Part shown: positions 1-8,948 of the stretch, piece by piece | How the letters are laid out: each line of letters opens with the position of its first letter | Numbering within the stretch: position 1 is the first letter of the stretch | Origin: a virus | Taxonomy: Duplodnaviria > Heunggongvirae > Uroviricota > Caudoviricetes | Direction: 5' to 3' (one strand) | IMG/VR virus record: IMGVR_UViG_2574180019_000006 | Length of the DNA stretch: 64,000 nt | Translations under genes and position numbers: made by a program | The notes under the pieces: model-generated | Told to the model about the DNA's origin: nothing | Databases searched by the model: none | What the model saw: only the letters and a program-made list of their open reading frames with translations

Positions 1-43
1 TTTTTCAAAATCGTTACAAAAAGAAGTCGATCCTGAGCAGTAC

Positions 44-1177
44 TTGGCGCTAAAGAATTTAGATGACAGCTCGGTTCATGCTATTGCCCGTGACGATATC
101 ATCTGCCCCATTTGCAAAGTTGGAGGTGGTTCGTTCGTTAGAGCCACTAGGAATGGTGGCTATCACAAGAAGGCGCATTTCAGATTTACCGGTGAAGATG
201 GTCAAGGCCATCATCCATCATGTGATTTCTATGGAGATAGATTAACATCTGAGGTGAAGCAGCACCTTGTCTCATTCACAAAAGATCGAACAAAGTATTC
301 GCAGGTAATACGAAAGCTGGTCTGTGCCGGCATACAGGAAGGGATATTTACTCAAGAAAAAATGTGGCAGATGAGGGAATGGTTCTTCAATAAGCGAAAG
401 GATTCCACATTTGAAATATGGTTAGAAAGCGAGCATTTAGACTGGCTTTATTATATTAGTGGGTTACGTGATGCATATCTAGCATGGACAACTCCTGATA
501 TTCTACCTTTCGCGCCCATTCAGGTTACTGTCCCTGGTTTTTCTTGGAGGCGTGCGATTGACAAAGAGGTGCTAAGAGTTCACATCAAGACTCTCCAGCA
601 ATTGCGTGAAATTTCAGTCTCACATAGTGACATTGCTGTAATCTTAGAACACATAAACAATAATCGTGACCGCACAATTCTCGATCCATCGCATTTGGAG
701 GACGAGATAAGTAAGACCTATAAGCTTACTAGTTTTGTGATGGGCAATTACATTGAGTTTCAGACAAAAACGGTTAGCGACAGAGCATACGGGGAAGCTA
801 AGTTTCTGGCATTTGCAGCACTTTTGTTGTTCGTGTCAGATTGGGACCTCAACATTGCTATTGGTAAGTTTTCTAAGATTGCCAGAGTGAAGGAGGTTGA
901 TGACATGCTGGCTGGTAATTTCATTGGTCTTAATCCTTACTTCCGATACGACCTGGCTAATGCAGTGAAGAGATTGCAGGATAACTGGCCGATTGAATAC
1001 CAAGAGTTGGAGCATTGGAATGTTGAGAAATCCATGCGTGACGCATATGAAAAGTGGCGTGCGACAGAGCCTGAATTCGCTCCACCCCTATTGCCAGACT
1101 TGTATATTGCCAAACATGAGAAAGAAGTCGCACAAGACGAGCAAGTCAGGCAGTGGATTAAGAACGGGGATGTTTGA
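44..1177 (+). CDS. hypothetical protein, Cys/His-rich N-terminus (CPICK...HHPSCDF); may be 5'-truncated by the window edge
   Basis: Long ORF; track start at 44 is a TTG and the frame is open back to position 2. No motif I can assign. Confidence 0.5.
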   Translation: MALKNLDDSSVHAIARDDIICPICKVGGGSFVRATRNGGYHKKAHFRFTGEDGQGHHPSCDFYGDRLTSEVKQHLVSFTKDRTKYSQVIRKLVCAGIQEGIFTQEKMWQMREWFFNKRKDSTFEIWLESEHLDWLYYISGLRDAYLAWTTPDILPFAPIQVTVPGFSWRRAIDKEVLRVHIKTLQQLREISVSHSDIAVILEHINNNRDRTILDPSHLEDEISKTYKLTSFVMGNYIEFQTKTVSDRAYGEAKFLAFAALLLFVSDWDLNIAIGKFSKIARVKEVDDMLAGNFIGLNPYFRYDLANAVKRLQDNWPIEYQELEHWNVEKSMRDAYEKWRATEPEFAPPLLPDLYIAKHEKEVAQDEQVRQWIKNGDV

Positions 1178-1319
1178 GTGTAATTAGCTTAATCAATCAG
1201 TTGATAATGGCGGTCACAATTTGATTCTTTTCTATAAGAATCCGTTGATCGCCACTACTCCCCTTCCATAGCTGCAATCATACCCTTAAATATCAATAGG
1301 TTATGGTTGTTTATACAAA

Positions 1320-2060
1320 TAAGAAAACAACTAAATAACAGATCAACGAAACGTCAACGCTTTCACCCGATTTGGTCTAAAAAATTGACGTTTTCACACA
1401 TCACTTCTTATACCCGTAACTCTACGCAGCAGACAGCGCCACAGCGTCCAATTTTCACCACAGACGACCCAACACACTACCAACAAAAACACACGCTCAA
1501 AATCGCTCCCGTTGCGTTACACAACCATATAAACAACTTATTTTCAGGCATAACAAAACAACTAAATAACACACATGCCATTCCCAAAAACAACCAACCT
1601 CTTTATGGCAGGCTACCGAAAAGACCCACCTCTTCTCCCCAGGCTACCGGACAACCAACCTAACTTTCACAGGCAATCCGAAAACATTCATACGCGCAAT
1701 ACCCACGACACGCCATTCCCCAAACAGCGAAGAAACACCAGAATCACTGAAACCCCAACGAAGCCTGTAACCGCAAGGATTCTCTCAATCCCAAAAGACA
1801 CGAAACATAACAATCACGGGAAATACCATTACCCAATACACGAATAACTACAAAAGCCTTTCACACACTCCAGACAAACAACTCAAACACAATAACGAAA
1901 GGAATCGCCCACCTGCCATTACTCCATACACGGAGAAGAACAATCACCAAAACGACGAGAACACCCCATAGAAGAACCACCGCAAAACGAACGAAACCAC
2001 ATACACCGACAGAGAGAACAACACACCCAATTCACCAACAGAAATAGTCGCCGTATAGAA
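1320..2060. other. A+C-rich, G- and T-depleted non-coding tract
   Basis: Sampled 60-nt lines contain about 5-9 G each by eye; track ORFs here translate to low-complexity T/P/Q/N/H strings with no RBS. Confidence 0.6.
1590..1695. repeat. three tandem ~30-bp direct repeats (AGGCTACCG...CCACCT family), copy 1
   Basis: Units caggctaccgaaaagacccacct / aggctaccggacaaccaacct / aggcaatccgaaaac; same family recurs at 5119-5207. Confidence 0.6.
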
Positions 2061-2246
2061 CGTTCTGGAAGGAGTGAGCATTAACGCCTATAGAGAGGTT
2101 GAGACAGATAAAAACAACATGTATAGCGAAGAAGCCAGGTATGTATAAGTGGGGAGGGAAGGAGGGGTGTCGCCTCCTTTTTCGTATTTATTCAACTCCT
2201 GATTTTATCCCCCCGTAACACCCCTACGGTCAGCCTTCGGTCCATA

Positions 2247-2390
2247 CAGGGAAAAGGTTGCATCCCGCTACAGAAACGGCTGGGTTGCCTTCGGGGAACG
2301 GCTGGGGATTTTCAGGGAAACGGTCGAGTTGCCTGTGTGGATTTCGGGAAAAGGCTCGATGCCGGTTCAGGAACGGCGGCGTACCGGTAT
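2247..2390. repeat. six tandem ~22-bp iteron-like direct repeats (C[A/G]GGGAAACGGCT family), copy 1
   Basis: Units cagggaaaaggttgc / cagaaacggctggg / cggggaacggctgggg / cagggaaacggtcgag / cgggaaaaggctcg / caggaacggcggcg; related array at 5770-5897. Confidence 0.65.
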
Positions 2391-2711
2391 AGCGAGAGGG
2401 AGAGTTGCGGCTACCCACCTGTAATGTGCGGGAAGAAGAGAGGCGCTCACGTAGGCGGACTTGCTTACCGCTGGATTCCCTCTGAATGCCCAGCTACAGC
2501 GTAATTGTGCCAGACAGCCAACGGGGCACAATCGATTTCAGTAGGTTTTTGGGGAGAGGATTACTCTGCCACCAGCCACTTTCGGCCACTAAATCAGAAT
2601 AATGTAAAAAGTGTACTCGGTACTGAACCTGAAAACTCACTGCCAAAACCACATTCACCGGAATAAAATCCTTTTTCGCCTGTGCGTTATTGCGATAATA
2701 ACACCAACAAG

Positions 2712-2726
2712 TAAACAACATGTTTA
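2712..2726. promoter_or_regulatory. AAACA-N3-TGTTT palindrome (operator-like) upstream of the 2758 gene
   Basis: taaacaacatgttta; member of a recurring motif family. Confidence 0.4.
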
Positions 2727-2757
2727 GACGTTATATAAACGAAGTGAGGATGAAGAG

Positions 2758-2976
2758 ATGATTAAGATGCCTGTGACGGTTGAGGTGTGGGGCGTGGATT
2801 CCCTGGCTGAGTGTCTGGATGCAGTGGGGCCGGAGTTGTACCGCAAGTTGTGGTCGTTCGTCCCGGCAGAAGGGGAATCGCCCAAAGGGAAGGATATCTG
2901 GCACCTGCTGAGTGAAGATGAAAAGCGGGAGCTGGTGGACGCGGTACACAGCGAGTTCCCGGGCGACGAAGATTAA
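2758..2976 (+). CDS. hypothetical small acidic protein
   Basis: ORF with a purine-rich stretch (aagtgaggatgaagag) ahead of the ATG. Confidence 0.45.
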   Translation: MIKMPVTVEVWGVDSLAECLDAVGPELYRKLWSFVPAEGESPKGKDIWHLLSEDEKRELVDAVHSEFPGDED

Positions 2977-3114
2977 GAGTGAGGCCACCAGCACGGTGGC
3001 TTTTGTCGCTATTAACCTCCGGGCAGCGCAGCACCGTAACGATATACTTTGTGGCCGTTTTCTTACTGGTATTATTTACGCAATTCAGAAAACAACATGT
3101 TTAAGGATTGCGTT

Positions 3115-3444
3115 ATGTTTGCAAATATCGACATCAACCAAATCAAGAAAATGACTCAAAAAGAGTTTGACCAGTTTTATGAGTTAGAAGGTTGGTCTTC
3201 CACGCTGATCAATTCGCGCTGGGTGCTTGAGCTGATGACTCGTGATGATGCTCCTGCTTTGATTATTTGCGACCTGGGTGAAGATGCTGACTTTATGGAT
3301 ATGAGCGAATTTTGTGTGGACACATACAACCGCAGCCAGAAGTACTACTTCACATGCGATAGCGAGAATGACGTTATTTCTAAGGTCTATCTTCACCTCG
3401 TCCAGCATTGGGACGTTCAGGAGTTTCTTGAAGTATTCGAGTAA
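3115..3444 (+). CDS. hypothetical protein
   Basis: In-frame ATG at 3115 with AAGGA 7 nt upstream; the track start 3049 lies inside a repeated upstream element. Confidence 0.55.
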   Translation: MFANIDINQIKKMTQKEFDQFYELEGWSSTLINSRWVLELMTRDDAPALIICDLGEDADFMDMSEFCVDTYNRSQKYYFTCDSENDVISKVYLHLVQHWDVQEFLEVFE

Positions 3445-3572
3445 CCCCAACCAAAGCCAGCATTGCTGGCTTAATTTCTCTATAGCCGCAGGGAAGAACC
3501 TGCATATCGCTCATGCGCCTGATCAATATGCTTTGTAGCCGTTTTCTTACTGGTATTATTTACGCCATTGAG

Positions 3573-3587
3573 AAAACAAGTTGTTTA
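3573..3587. promoter_or_regulatory. AAACAA-G-TTGTTT palindrome (operator-like)
   Basis: aaaacaagttgttta, 11 nt ahead of the 3598 start, inside a ~50-bp element duplicated at 3040-3110 and 3530-3597. Confidence 0.45.
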
Positions 3588-3597
3588 CGGAGTTGTA

Positions 3598-3909
3598 ATG
3601 AAAAAATCATTGGTTCTTGGTCTGGACAAAGACCAGAAGAGAAAAGAGAAGCCTGCGCTGGTTGCTCAATTAACTTTGCTGGACATCGTTGCCAATGGAA
3701 CCTCTATTCGTCTGTTCCGTGAAACAGCGGTGTCTTTCGATAAAAACACCTTTACTCGTTATGTAATGAATGTTCGTCGCCAGCGTGGAAAAGGCTGGGT
3801 GGCATTTCAAAGAATGTGGCCGGAACATCAGCTCGAACTGGCTTTGATGGAAGTTAACCGCGTGGCCCAGCAAGAGATTCAGAGAGCATCAGTGATGGCA
3901 ATAGCCTGA
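3598..3909 (+). CDS. hypothetical protein
   Basis: ATG at 3598 preceded by GGAG; track start 3568 is less likely. Confidence 0.55.
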   Translation: MKKSLVLGLDKDQKRKEKPALVAQLTLLDIVANGTSIRLFRETAVSFDKNTFTRYVMNVRRQRGKGWVAFQRMWPEHQLELALMEVNRVAQQEIQRASVMAIA

Positions 3910-3944
3910 TAATGTGCAAGTGGCAATTAGTCGACAGTACGACA

Positions 3945-3972
3945 GCCCCGCCATCCTTACGGGGCTTTTTTG
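3945..3972 (+). terminator. rho-independent terminator
   Basis: gccccg-ccatcctta-cggggc followed by a T run. Confidence 0.6.
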
Positions 3973-3976
3973 TATT

Positions 3977-3992
3977 GTAAGTATATACTTAC
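3977..3992. promoter_or_regulatory. perfect 16-bp palindrome GTAAGTATATACTTAC
   Basis: Identical 16-mer recurs at 24623-24638; about 45 bp ahead of the 4036 start. Confidence 0.5.
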
Positions 3993-4035
3993 GATCATAG
4001 AATATAAAAATAACCAAAACACTACGGAGAGTGAA

Positions 4036-4431
4036 ATGACCGTTAAACGCGAAAAACTGACAGTTGATGTTTACTATGCCTCTGAAACCGCCGAAGGTAA
4101 GAATGTGGCAAAAATTACCGTTGTTACGTACAACACCGAAACTGGTGCCGAAGTCCAGGCCAGTACGATCGTTCGTAAAGGTGATGCCTCCGGCGGCGAG
4201 TACGCGACTCAATACCAGTCCATTCTCGATGCAACTGACCCGCTGCTGCTGAAAATCGAGAACTACTTCCGCCAGGTTGATGAAGAGGTGTTTGAAACCA
4301 TGATGAATATGGTTAACACCGTATTCGCCTCCAGCCTGAATACCAACACTACCTGGATTGGTCAGTACGGCCTGCGCATTACCTCTGGCATTCCTGCCGA
4401 CACCTTAATCCCTGAAAGCGTATTCGCTTAA
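4036..4431 (+). CDS. hypothetical protein
   Basis: ATG at 4036 preceded by GGAGAG; followed by a terminator. Confidence 0.6.
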   Translation: MTVKREKLTVDVYYASETAEGKNVAKITVVTYNTETGAEVQASTIVRKGDASGGEYATQYQSILDATDPLLLKIENYFRQVDEEVFETMMNMVNTVFASSLNTNTTWIGQYGLRITSGIPADTLIPESVFA

Positions 4432-4440
4432 TCCTCTTTA

Positions 4441-4468
4441 AATGGCGCGTAAACCGCGCCATTTTATT
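4441..4468 (+). terminator. rho-independent terminator
   Basis: aatggcgcg-taaa-ccgcgccatt then ttatt. Confidence 0.6.
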
Positions 4469-4548
4469 AAGCCCGATAACAATTTGTTTTCTGCCTTATC
4501 TGATTTGTGAAAATGATTTCACTGAAGCAACTTAATAAGGAAACCATC

Positions 4549-4923
4549 ATGGGACTTGATATCTATATCGAGACACAGCCTAAAAACGATCTGAATAACG
4601 AGGCATCCAGAAAGCAGGTTGCTTACTTCCGTAAGTTCAATGCGCTCGTTGGGTGGATGGAGCGCAACGTAGGTGAAGTCGAAAATTGTGAGCTTTTAGA
4701 ATTAACGATGAATGACATTTGTTTTCTGAAGGCTCATTTGATGCACATAAACGAAAGTAATTGCGAAGAGTACTTGCCTACCCGGGAAGGTTTTTTCTTC
4801 GGCAGTCAGGAGTACGATGAAGGTTACTGGCATGATGTGGGGCAGTTGAAAGAGCTTGTGGAAGATCTGATTAAGAACCACGACTTTCACAATAACAGAC
4901 TGACCTTCTGCGCCTGGTGGTAA
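4549..4923 (+). CDS. hypothetical protein
   Basis: ATG at 4549 preceded by AAGGAAACC; track start 4507 lacks an RBS. Confidence 0.55.
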   Translation: MGLDIYIETQPKNDLNNEASRKQVAYFRKFNALVGWMERNVGEVENCELLELTMNDICFLKAHLMHINESNCEEYLPTREGFFFGSQEYDEGYWHDVGQLKELVEDLIKNHDFHNNRLTFCAWW

Positions 4924-4925
4924 AT

Positions 4926-5069
4926 ATGGGCGATTTCAAGAAACGCCTGAAGGAAAGAGCCGAGATGGTCAGAAAGCAAAACGCCTCTTCTGTCATCAGA
5001 TACGCAAGGCAGTTTAGTCGCAACAACAAATCAGTTGAGGAAAAGATCCTTAGCGTAATCGTGCGATAA
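4926..5069 (+). CDS. hypothetical small basic protein (47 aa)
   Basis: ATG overlapping the upstream stop (taaATGg); translated by hand; below the track length cutoff. Confidence 0.3.
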   Translation: MGDFKKRLKERAEMVRKQNASSVIRYARQFSRNNKSVEEKILSVIVR

Positions 5070-5118
5070 TTATTAAGGCCATCAGCATTGGTGGCCTTAA
5101 ATGACCATCTTGTTTCCC

Positions 5119-5207
5119 GCAGGCTAAAAACACCAACCTCTTACCTCCAGGCAACCGACAAACCCACCTGTTCCCGTCCGGCTACCGCAACTTTCCACTT
5201 TGACGCC
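5119..5207. repeat. three tandem ~30-bp direct repeats (AGGCTACCG...CCACCT family), copy 2
   Basis: caggctaaaaacaccaacct / caggcaaccgacaaacccacct / cggctaccgcaactttccac. Confidence 0.6.
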
Positions 5208-5273
5208 TTATTCGTACAACGATAATTAACACCAACAAGAAAACAATTTGTTATTTACGATAAGGAATTAATC

Positions 5274-5756
5274 ATGAATTTTATCGCTACTGTAAACGCA
5301 CCCGCACATGGCAATATCGCTGTAACGTTCTCTGACATTGAAAAACGAGTACTTGGTGCATGGCGCGACAATGAGACGGTAGAACTGTCAGCACAAGAAA
5401 AATGCATTATTGCACGCGACATCATTGGCAATCGTCGTTACTCGCGGGTATTTGAGAAAGCGTATGTGGTAAATTCTGGATTCGGAACGTTCGTCTTTCC
5501 GGTGCGCTCCGGGCGATTCTGCCAGTCCAAGCTGATTGAGTTCGCTACGCAGATTTCTTTCTGGATTAAAACTCAATCGTCGTTCAAATTTTCCGACGAT
5601 GAAGCAGTATCGCAGGGGATGCGGATCGCCAACAATGCAATTAAATGCAAAAACATTACGTATACCGCTGGCGTTGATACATGGAAACTGTTTTGCGCTA
5701 ACTTTATGCTGAATGTATACGCAAGCAACCGCATCCACATCCTTGATGGCGTGTAA
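5274..5756 (+). CDS. hypothetical protein (160 aa) lying between the two repeat arrays of locus 2
   Basis: ATG with AAGGA RBS; AAACAA-T-TTGTT palindrome 20 nt upstream. Confidence 0.6.
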   Translation: MNFIATVNAPAHGNIAVTFSDIEKRVLGAWRDNETVELSAQEKCIIARDIIGNRRYSRVFEKAYVVNSGFGTFVFPVRSGRFCQSKLIEFATQISFWIKTQSSFKFSDDEAVSQGMRIANNAIKCKNITYTAGVDTWKLFCANFMLNVYASNRIHILDGV

Positions 5757-5769
5757 CTGAGAAGAGGGC

Positions 5770-5897
5770 CAGAAACGGCCCTTTCTCTATAGCCACCAGC
5801 TGCCGCAGGGAAATTTTCAGAAACGGCGAGGAACGTATTCATGAGCCGACGGGGAACGGCCAGGATTTTTTCGGGAAACGGCTGCATTTGCCTTTGT
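5770..5897. repeat. iteron-like direct repeats (GGGAAACGGC family), copy 2
   Basis: cagggaaattttcagaaacggcgagg / cggggaacggccagg / cgggaaacggctgcatttgcc. Confidence 0.55.
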
Positions 5898-6362
5898 GTA
5901 GAAAAAACATCGGGAAGCTGGTGGAATCCAACCAGCGGTTGTCGGACAGGTGAGCGGGGAAAATTATGATGACTTTCGTCACCTGAGACATCCAGATTTC
6001 TTTCGTAGCATAATCACATACGTGATTAAGTGGTGTGATTATGTGAAAAATCACGCGCACATAATACGCGAGCGGATACGGAACAAAACAAAATGCCGAT
6101 CCGCGCCGACAAATAAACGCGGATCATAAAGCAAGACTAAAAGCCAATGATTAACTATGCGCTATAACGCGTTTTAAGCGCGTTAATGTGTTAAGTAATG
6201 GGTATGTACTGGCAAGGATATAAAAGCGCGTCTATGGCGTTATTTTGGCGCTTATTTTTATGTTGTTGGAGTGAGTTAAAGACAATAAAAAACGCGCCAT
6301 CAATGGCGCGTTATTGTGGAAGTATTGGAAACGAAAAAAGCGCCCATAGTGGGCGCTCGATT

Positions 6363-6593
6363 TTATTTGTGTAAACTGATTTTAAATCCCATTTCTACGA
6401 ACGCTTTTAACATTAAAAATATATCAGCGTCGTTCACGTCTGCTTTTTTTCGCTCCTGGTCGCTCAATAAGTCAATTTTGCGCGTCGTTTCATCTATAAG
6501 CTCGACTACACGCCCAGCGTAACCAGCGATCCCAGCGATGCGATTAACATAATATTCATTATGGACGTTAACGCCAGCGATAAGAACAAACAT
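6363..6593 (-). CDS. hypothetical protein
   Basis: ORF in an AT-rich minus-strand block; no motif. Confidence 0.4.
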   Translation of the reverse strand: MFVLIAGVNVHNEYYVNRIAGIAGYAGRVVELIDETTRKIDLLSDQERKKADVNDADIFLMLKAFVEMGFKISLHK

Positions 6594-6614
6594 GATTAAG
6601 CTCCTTAAAAAAAA

Positions 6615-6818
6615 TTAAATAGAATTTTGAAGTTTTCCGATTAATGCGCTTAAGCGTAAGTATTCACGTTTGCGCTTGCAATCTCGCTTGCTGTTAAGCA
6701 AATCAGAAAACGTAAAATTTAATTGGTCGCGTTGCGCGATCAAATCGTCGATTAATTCCAGTTTATAAGCGCGATAATTTGCGCGATATTCTGCGCGGAT
6801 CTTGTCATAGCTGACCAT
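6615..6818 (-). CDS. hypothetical protein
   Basis: ATG at 6818 with AAAGGAG RBS; the track start 6863 would place a hairpin inside the ORF. Confidence 0.45.
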   Translation of the reverse strand: MVSYDKIRAEYRANYRAYKLELIDDLIAQRDQLNFTFSDLLNSKRDCKRKREYLRLSALIGKLQNSI

Positions 6819-6866
6819 CTTTAAAGCTCCTTTAAAGCGCCCATTGTGGGCGCTTGATTCCATTAA

Positions 6867-7526
6867 TTACGCTTTAAAAGCATCAGCTAAATAATTGTAG
6901 AAATCATTCTTGATAAAGCGATATTGCTGTGTACCAGCTTTGGCGCTCCCAGCTCCTTTGACTTTTTCAACAAGTCCGAGACGTTCGCAAAGATTGATCA
7001 ACTGGTTGGCTTGAGTATAGCCAGCGTCCAATTTAATTTCACACGCTTTTTTAGCTTCATTCATTAAATCGAAAACAGCGCCATTGGTGAACGTGTCGAT
7101 CTCGTCGTTAATCATATCGATTAAAGCGAATACACGAGATCCAGACATATCAGCGATGGAATAAATGCATTTACCAGATTTAATTGATTTAACCAGATAA
7201 ACCAGTTTTTCCAGAGAATAACTATTAGTCATTGCATCACGAAAAAATACTTCTGGCGCTTGTTTGCTTGCTTTAATCGCATAGTAGAAAACAGAGCACA
7301 ATTTTTCGTCTTCTACAGCGTTTACAACGTTGTTGATGAAGTAAGCTAGTTTAGTGGTCGCAGCTTGCATATTTGCTTTGTCTGCTTTGGTGTGCGTACC
7401 ATTTTTATAATGTTCGTTATATGTTTGAGTTGCCAGATCTGCTTTTTCGCGCAGCTCGTCGGATACAATAGATGCAGCTTCAATGATGGACTTTTTAGAA
7501 ATGATAATGTTAGCCATGATGGACAT
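6867..7526 (-). CDS. hypothetical protein (219 aa)
   Basis: ORF, AT-rich, no motif. Confidence 0.55.
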   Translation of the reverse strand: MSIMANIIISKKSIIEAASIVSDELREKADLATQTYNEHYKNGTHTKADKANMQAATTKLAYFINNVVNAVEDEKLCSVFYYAIKASKQAPEVFFRDAMTNSYSLEKLVYLVKSIKSGKCIYSIADMSGSRVFALIDMINDEIDTFTNGAVFDLMNEAKKACEIKLDAGYTQANQLINLCERLGLVEKVKGAGSAKAGTQQYRFIKNDFYNYLADAFKA

Positions 7527-7812
7527 CCTTACGAAAAATTAAAATGAATTTATTTTTTACTGTCGTTAGCTAGCTCGCTTTCGACGAGTTCAATTATCGA
7601 TACGTGAAAAAAGATTGCAAGTATTTTTTTTAAATTTTCTGCAGGGATGAAAGTCCTAGAAATAAAAGCGAGATCGTCGAAGGTGTTCCCTAAATAAATA
7701 ATCAATTCGGGCCTTTAACCTTATATATTTATACGGAGTGGCATCGAAAGAGTTTTAAATGAATGGCATGTAAAATAATAACCGGACTTAGCCGGTTATT
7801 ACCCTTATAGAT

Positions 7813-8337
7813 TTAAAATGGAAGGATTCGTTCAACCCAATCGAAGAAAACAAGTATTTTTCTGCCGTCTTCTAACTTAAGAGTGACCTGGCAAGCATCA
7901 ACGCCTCTTGACACCCCTTCTATTTCACGACCGTCTGTCATGTAGACCCTTATAGATTGGTCGTTTTGATAAGCCTTGCGACATATCGCAAAAAAGTCAC
8001 GGCGTGATGGCTGATTGTCAACATAGTCTGGATGTATTGTTAGCCTACCTTTGAACTCGCGAGCAATGTCATCGATTACACCTGATTCAATTGTGCTAAT
8101 GCGCTCAAGTGGGAGTCTTATACGATTTTCTTTATCATATGGAATCGGGCATAAATCTAGCTTATTGCGTGAAGGCATTGTCCCCTGAACGTACATGCAA
8201 AACACCTGACCGTCTTCAAGCGTGACTCTTACAGGAATGTTGTTCTTCCGCCAGAACATAAGTATGTTCTCAGCATGTTCGTAGTCTCGCGGCCAGACTT
8301 CAGCCGGTATGCCGTAGGTGATGTCCAATGTTCTCAT
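7813..8337 (-). CDS. hypothetical protein (174 aa)
   Basis: ORF whose start overlaps the upstream gene end (8334-8337). Confidence 0.55.
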   Translation of the reverse strand: MRTLDITYGIPAEVWPRDYEHAENILMFWRKNNIPVRVTLEDGQVFCMYVQGTMPSRNKLDLCPIPYDKENRIRLPLERISTIESGVIDDIAREFKGRLTIHPDYVDNQPSRRDFFAICRKAYQNDQSIRVYMTDGREIEGVSRGVDACQVTLKLEDGRKILVFFDWVERILPF

Positions 8338-8933
8338 TCTGATACTCTTAGAGGTGTTTTCAGCAATCCAAATTTAAATTCTTTATTACCAACGACCAAG
8401 AAGGGGACTTCAACATAGATTTTTTTATCGACGGATTTAGAGTTCGCTGTTTTCTTGATGTCGCGAACGATACGTTTTGTTGTGTTTTCATCAATAAACA
8501 ATACCTTCCCACTGGTATTCCCTTCAGTCTTAGCATAAGTGACAATAGGTTCTTCATTGCCAACTCTGATGTTCACTTGGCAACCCGTTGTAGCCATTTC
8601 ATCACAATAGAGTGTACCGTCTTGAATTTCTAAAACAATTCCAGATGGCTTCATGGCCTCGTTAGAGCTTACATTAGCGTTTTCTGGTACTGCGGTCCCG
8701 TTAATTTGCAACCGTAATCTTTCTGTTCCTGCATGAAGTATTGTTTCTTCTGCGTTATCTGAGAATCTATACCAGACTGGTTGAATCAGACCTCGTGATT
8801 TGTATTTTAGTACGTCTTCAGAAGTATACATGCTGTACGTTTTTTGCATGTCAGAGACGAAATCTGATAATGCGTTGGCGGAAAACGCCGGGAGGCATAT
8901 ACAAGCAAGGAGTAACGAAAGTTTCATTTTCAT
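8334..8933 (-). CDS. hypothetical secreted protein (signal peptide MKMKLSLLLACICLPAFSANA)
   Basis: N-terminal signal-peptide-like segment; track start 8948 is TTG, so I chose the in-frame ATG at 8933. Confidence 0.55.
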   Translation of the reverse strand: MKMKLSLLLACICLPAFSANALSDFVSDMQKTYSMYTSEDVLKYKSRGLIQPVWYRFSDNAEETILHAGTERLRLQINGTAVPENANVSSNEAMKPSGIVLEIQDGTLYCDEMATTGCQVNIRVGNEEPIVTYAKTEGNTSGKVLFIDENTTKRIVRDIKKTANSKSVDKKIYVEVPFLVVGNKEFKFGLLKTPLRVSE

Positions 8934-8948
8934 ATCATGATAATCCAA

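Noticed and set aside
1307-1847. Track ORFs 1307-1663 and 1575-1847 in the A+C-rich tract
   Set aside because: Translations are low-complexity strings driven by base composition; no RBS; more likely non-coding.
2247-2390. Possible CRISPR array
   Set aside because: Repeats are contiguous and degenerate with no unique spacers of regular length; iteron-like, not CRISPR.
2230-2418. Minus-strand ORF overlapping the iteron-like array
   Set aside because: Lies wholly within direct repeats; repetitive translation; no RBS.
5388-5887. Minus-strand ORFs antisense to gene 5274-5756 and the repeat array
   Set aside because: Antisense to a better-supported gene with RBS and terminator, and extending into repeats.
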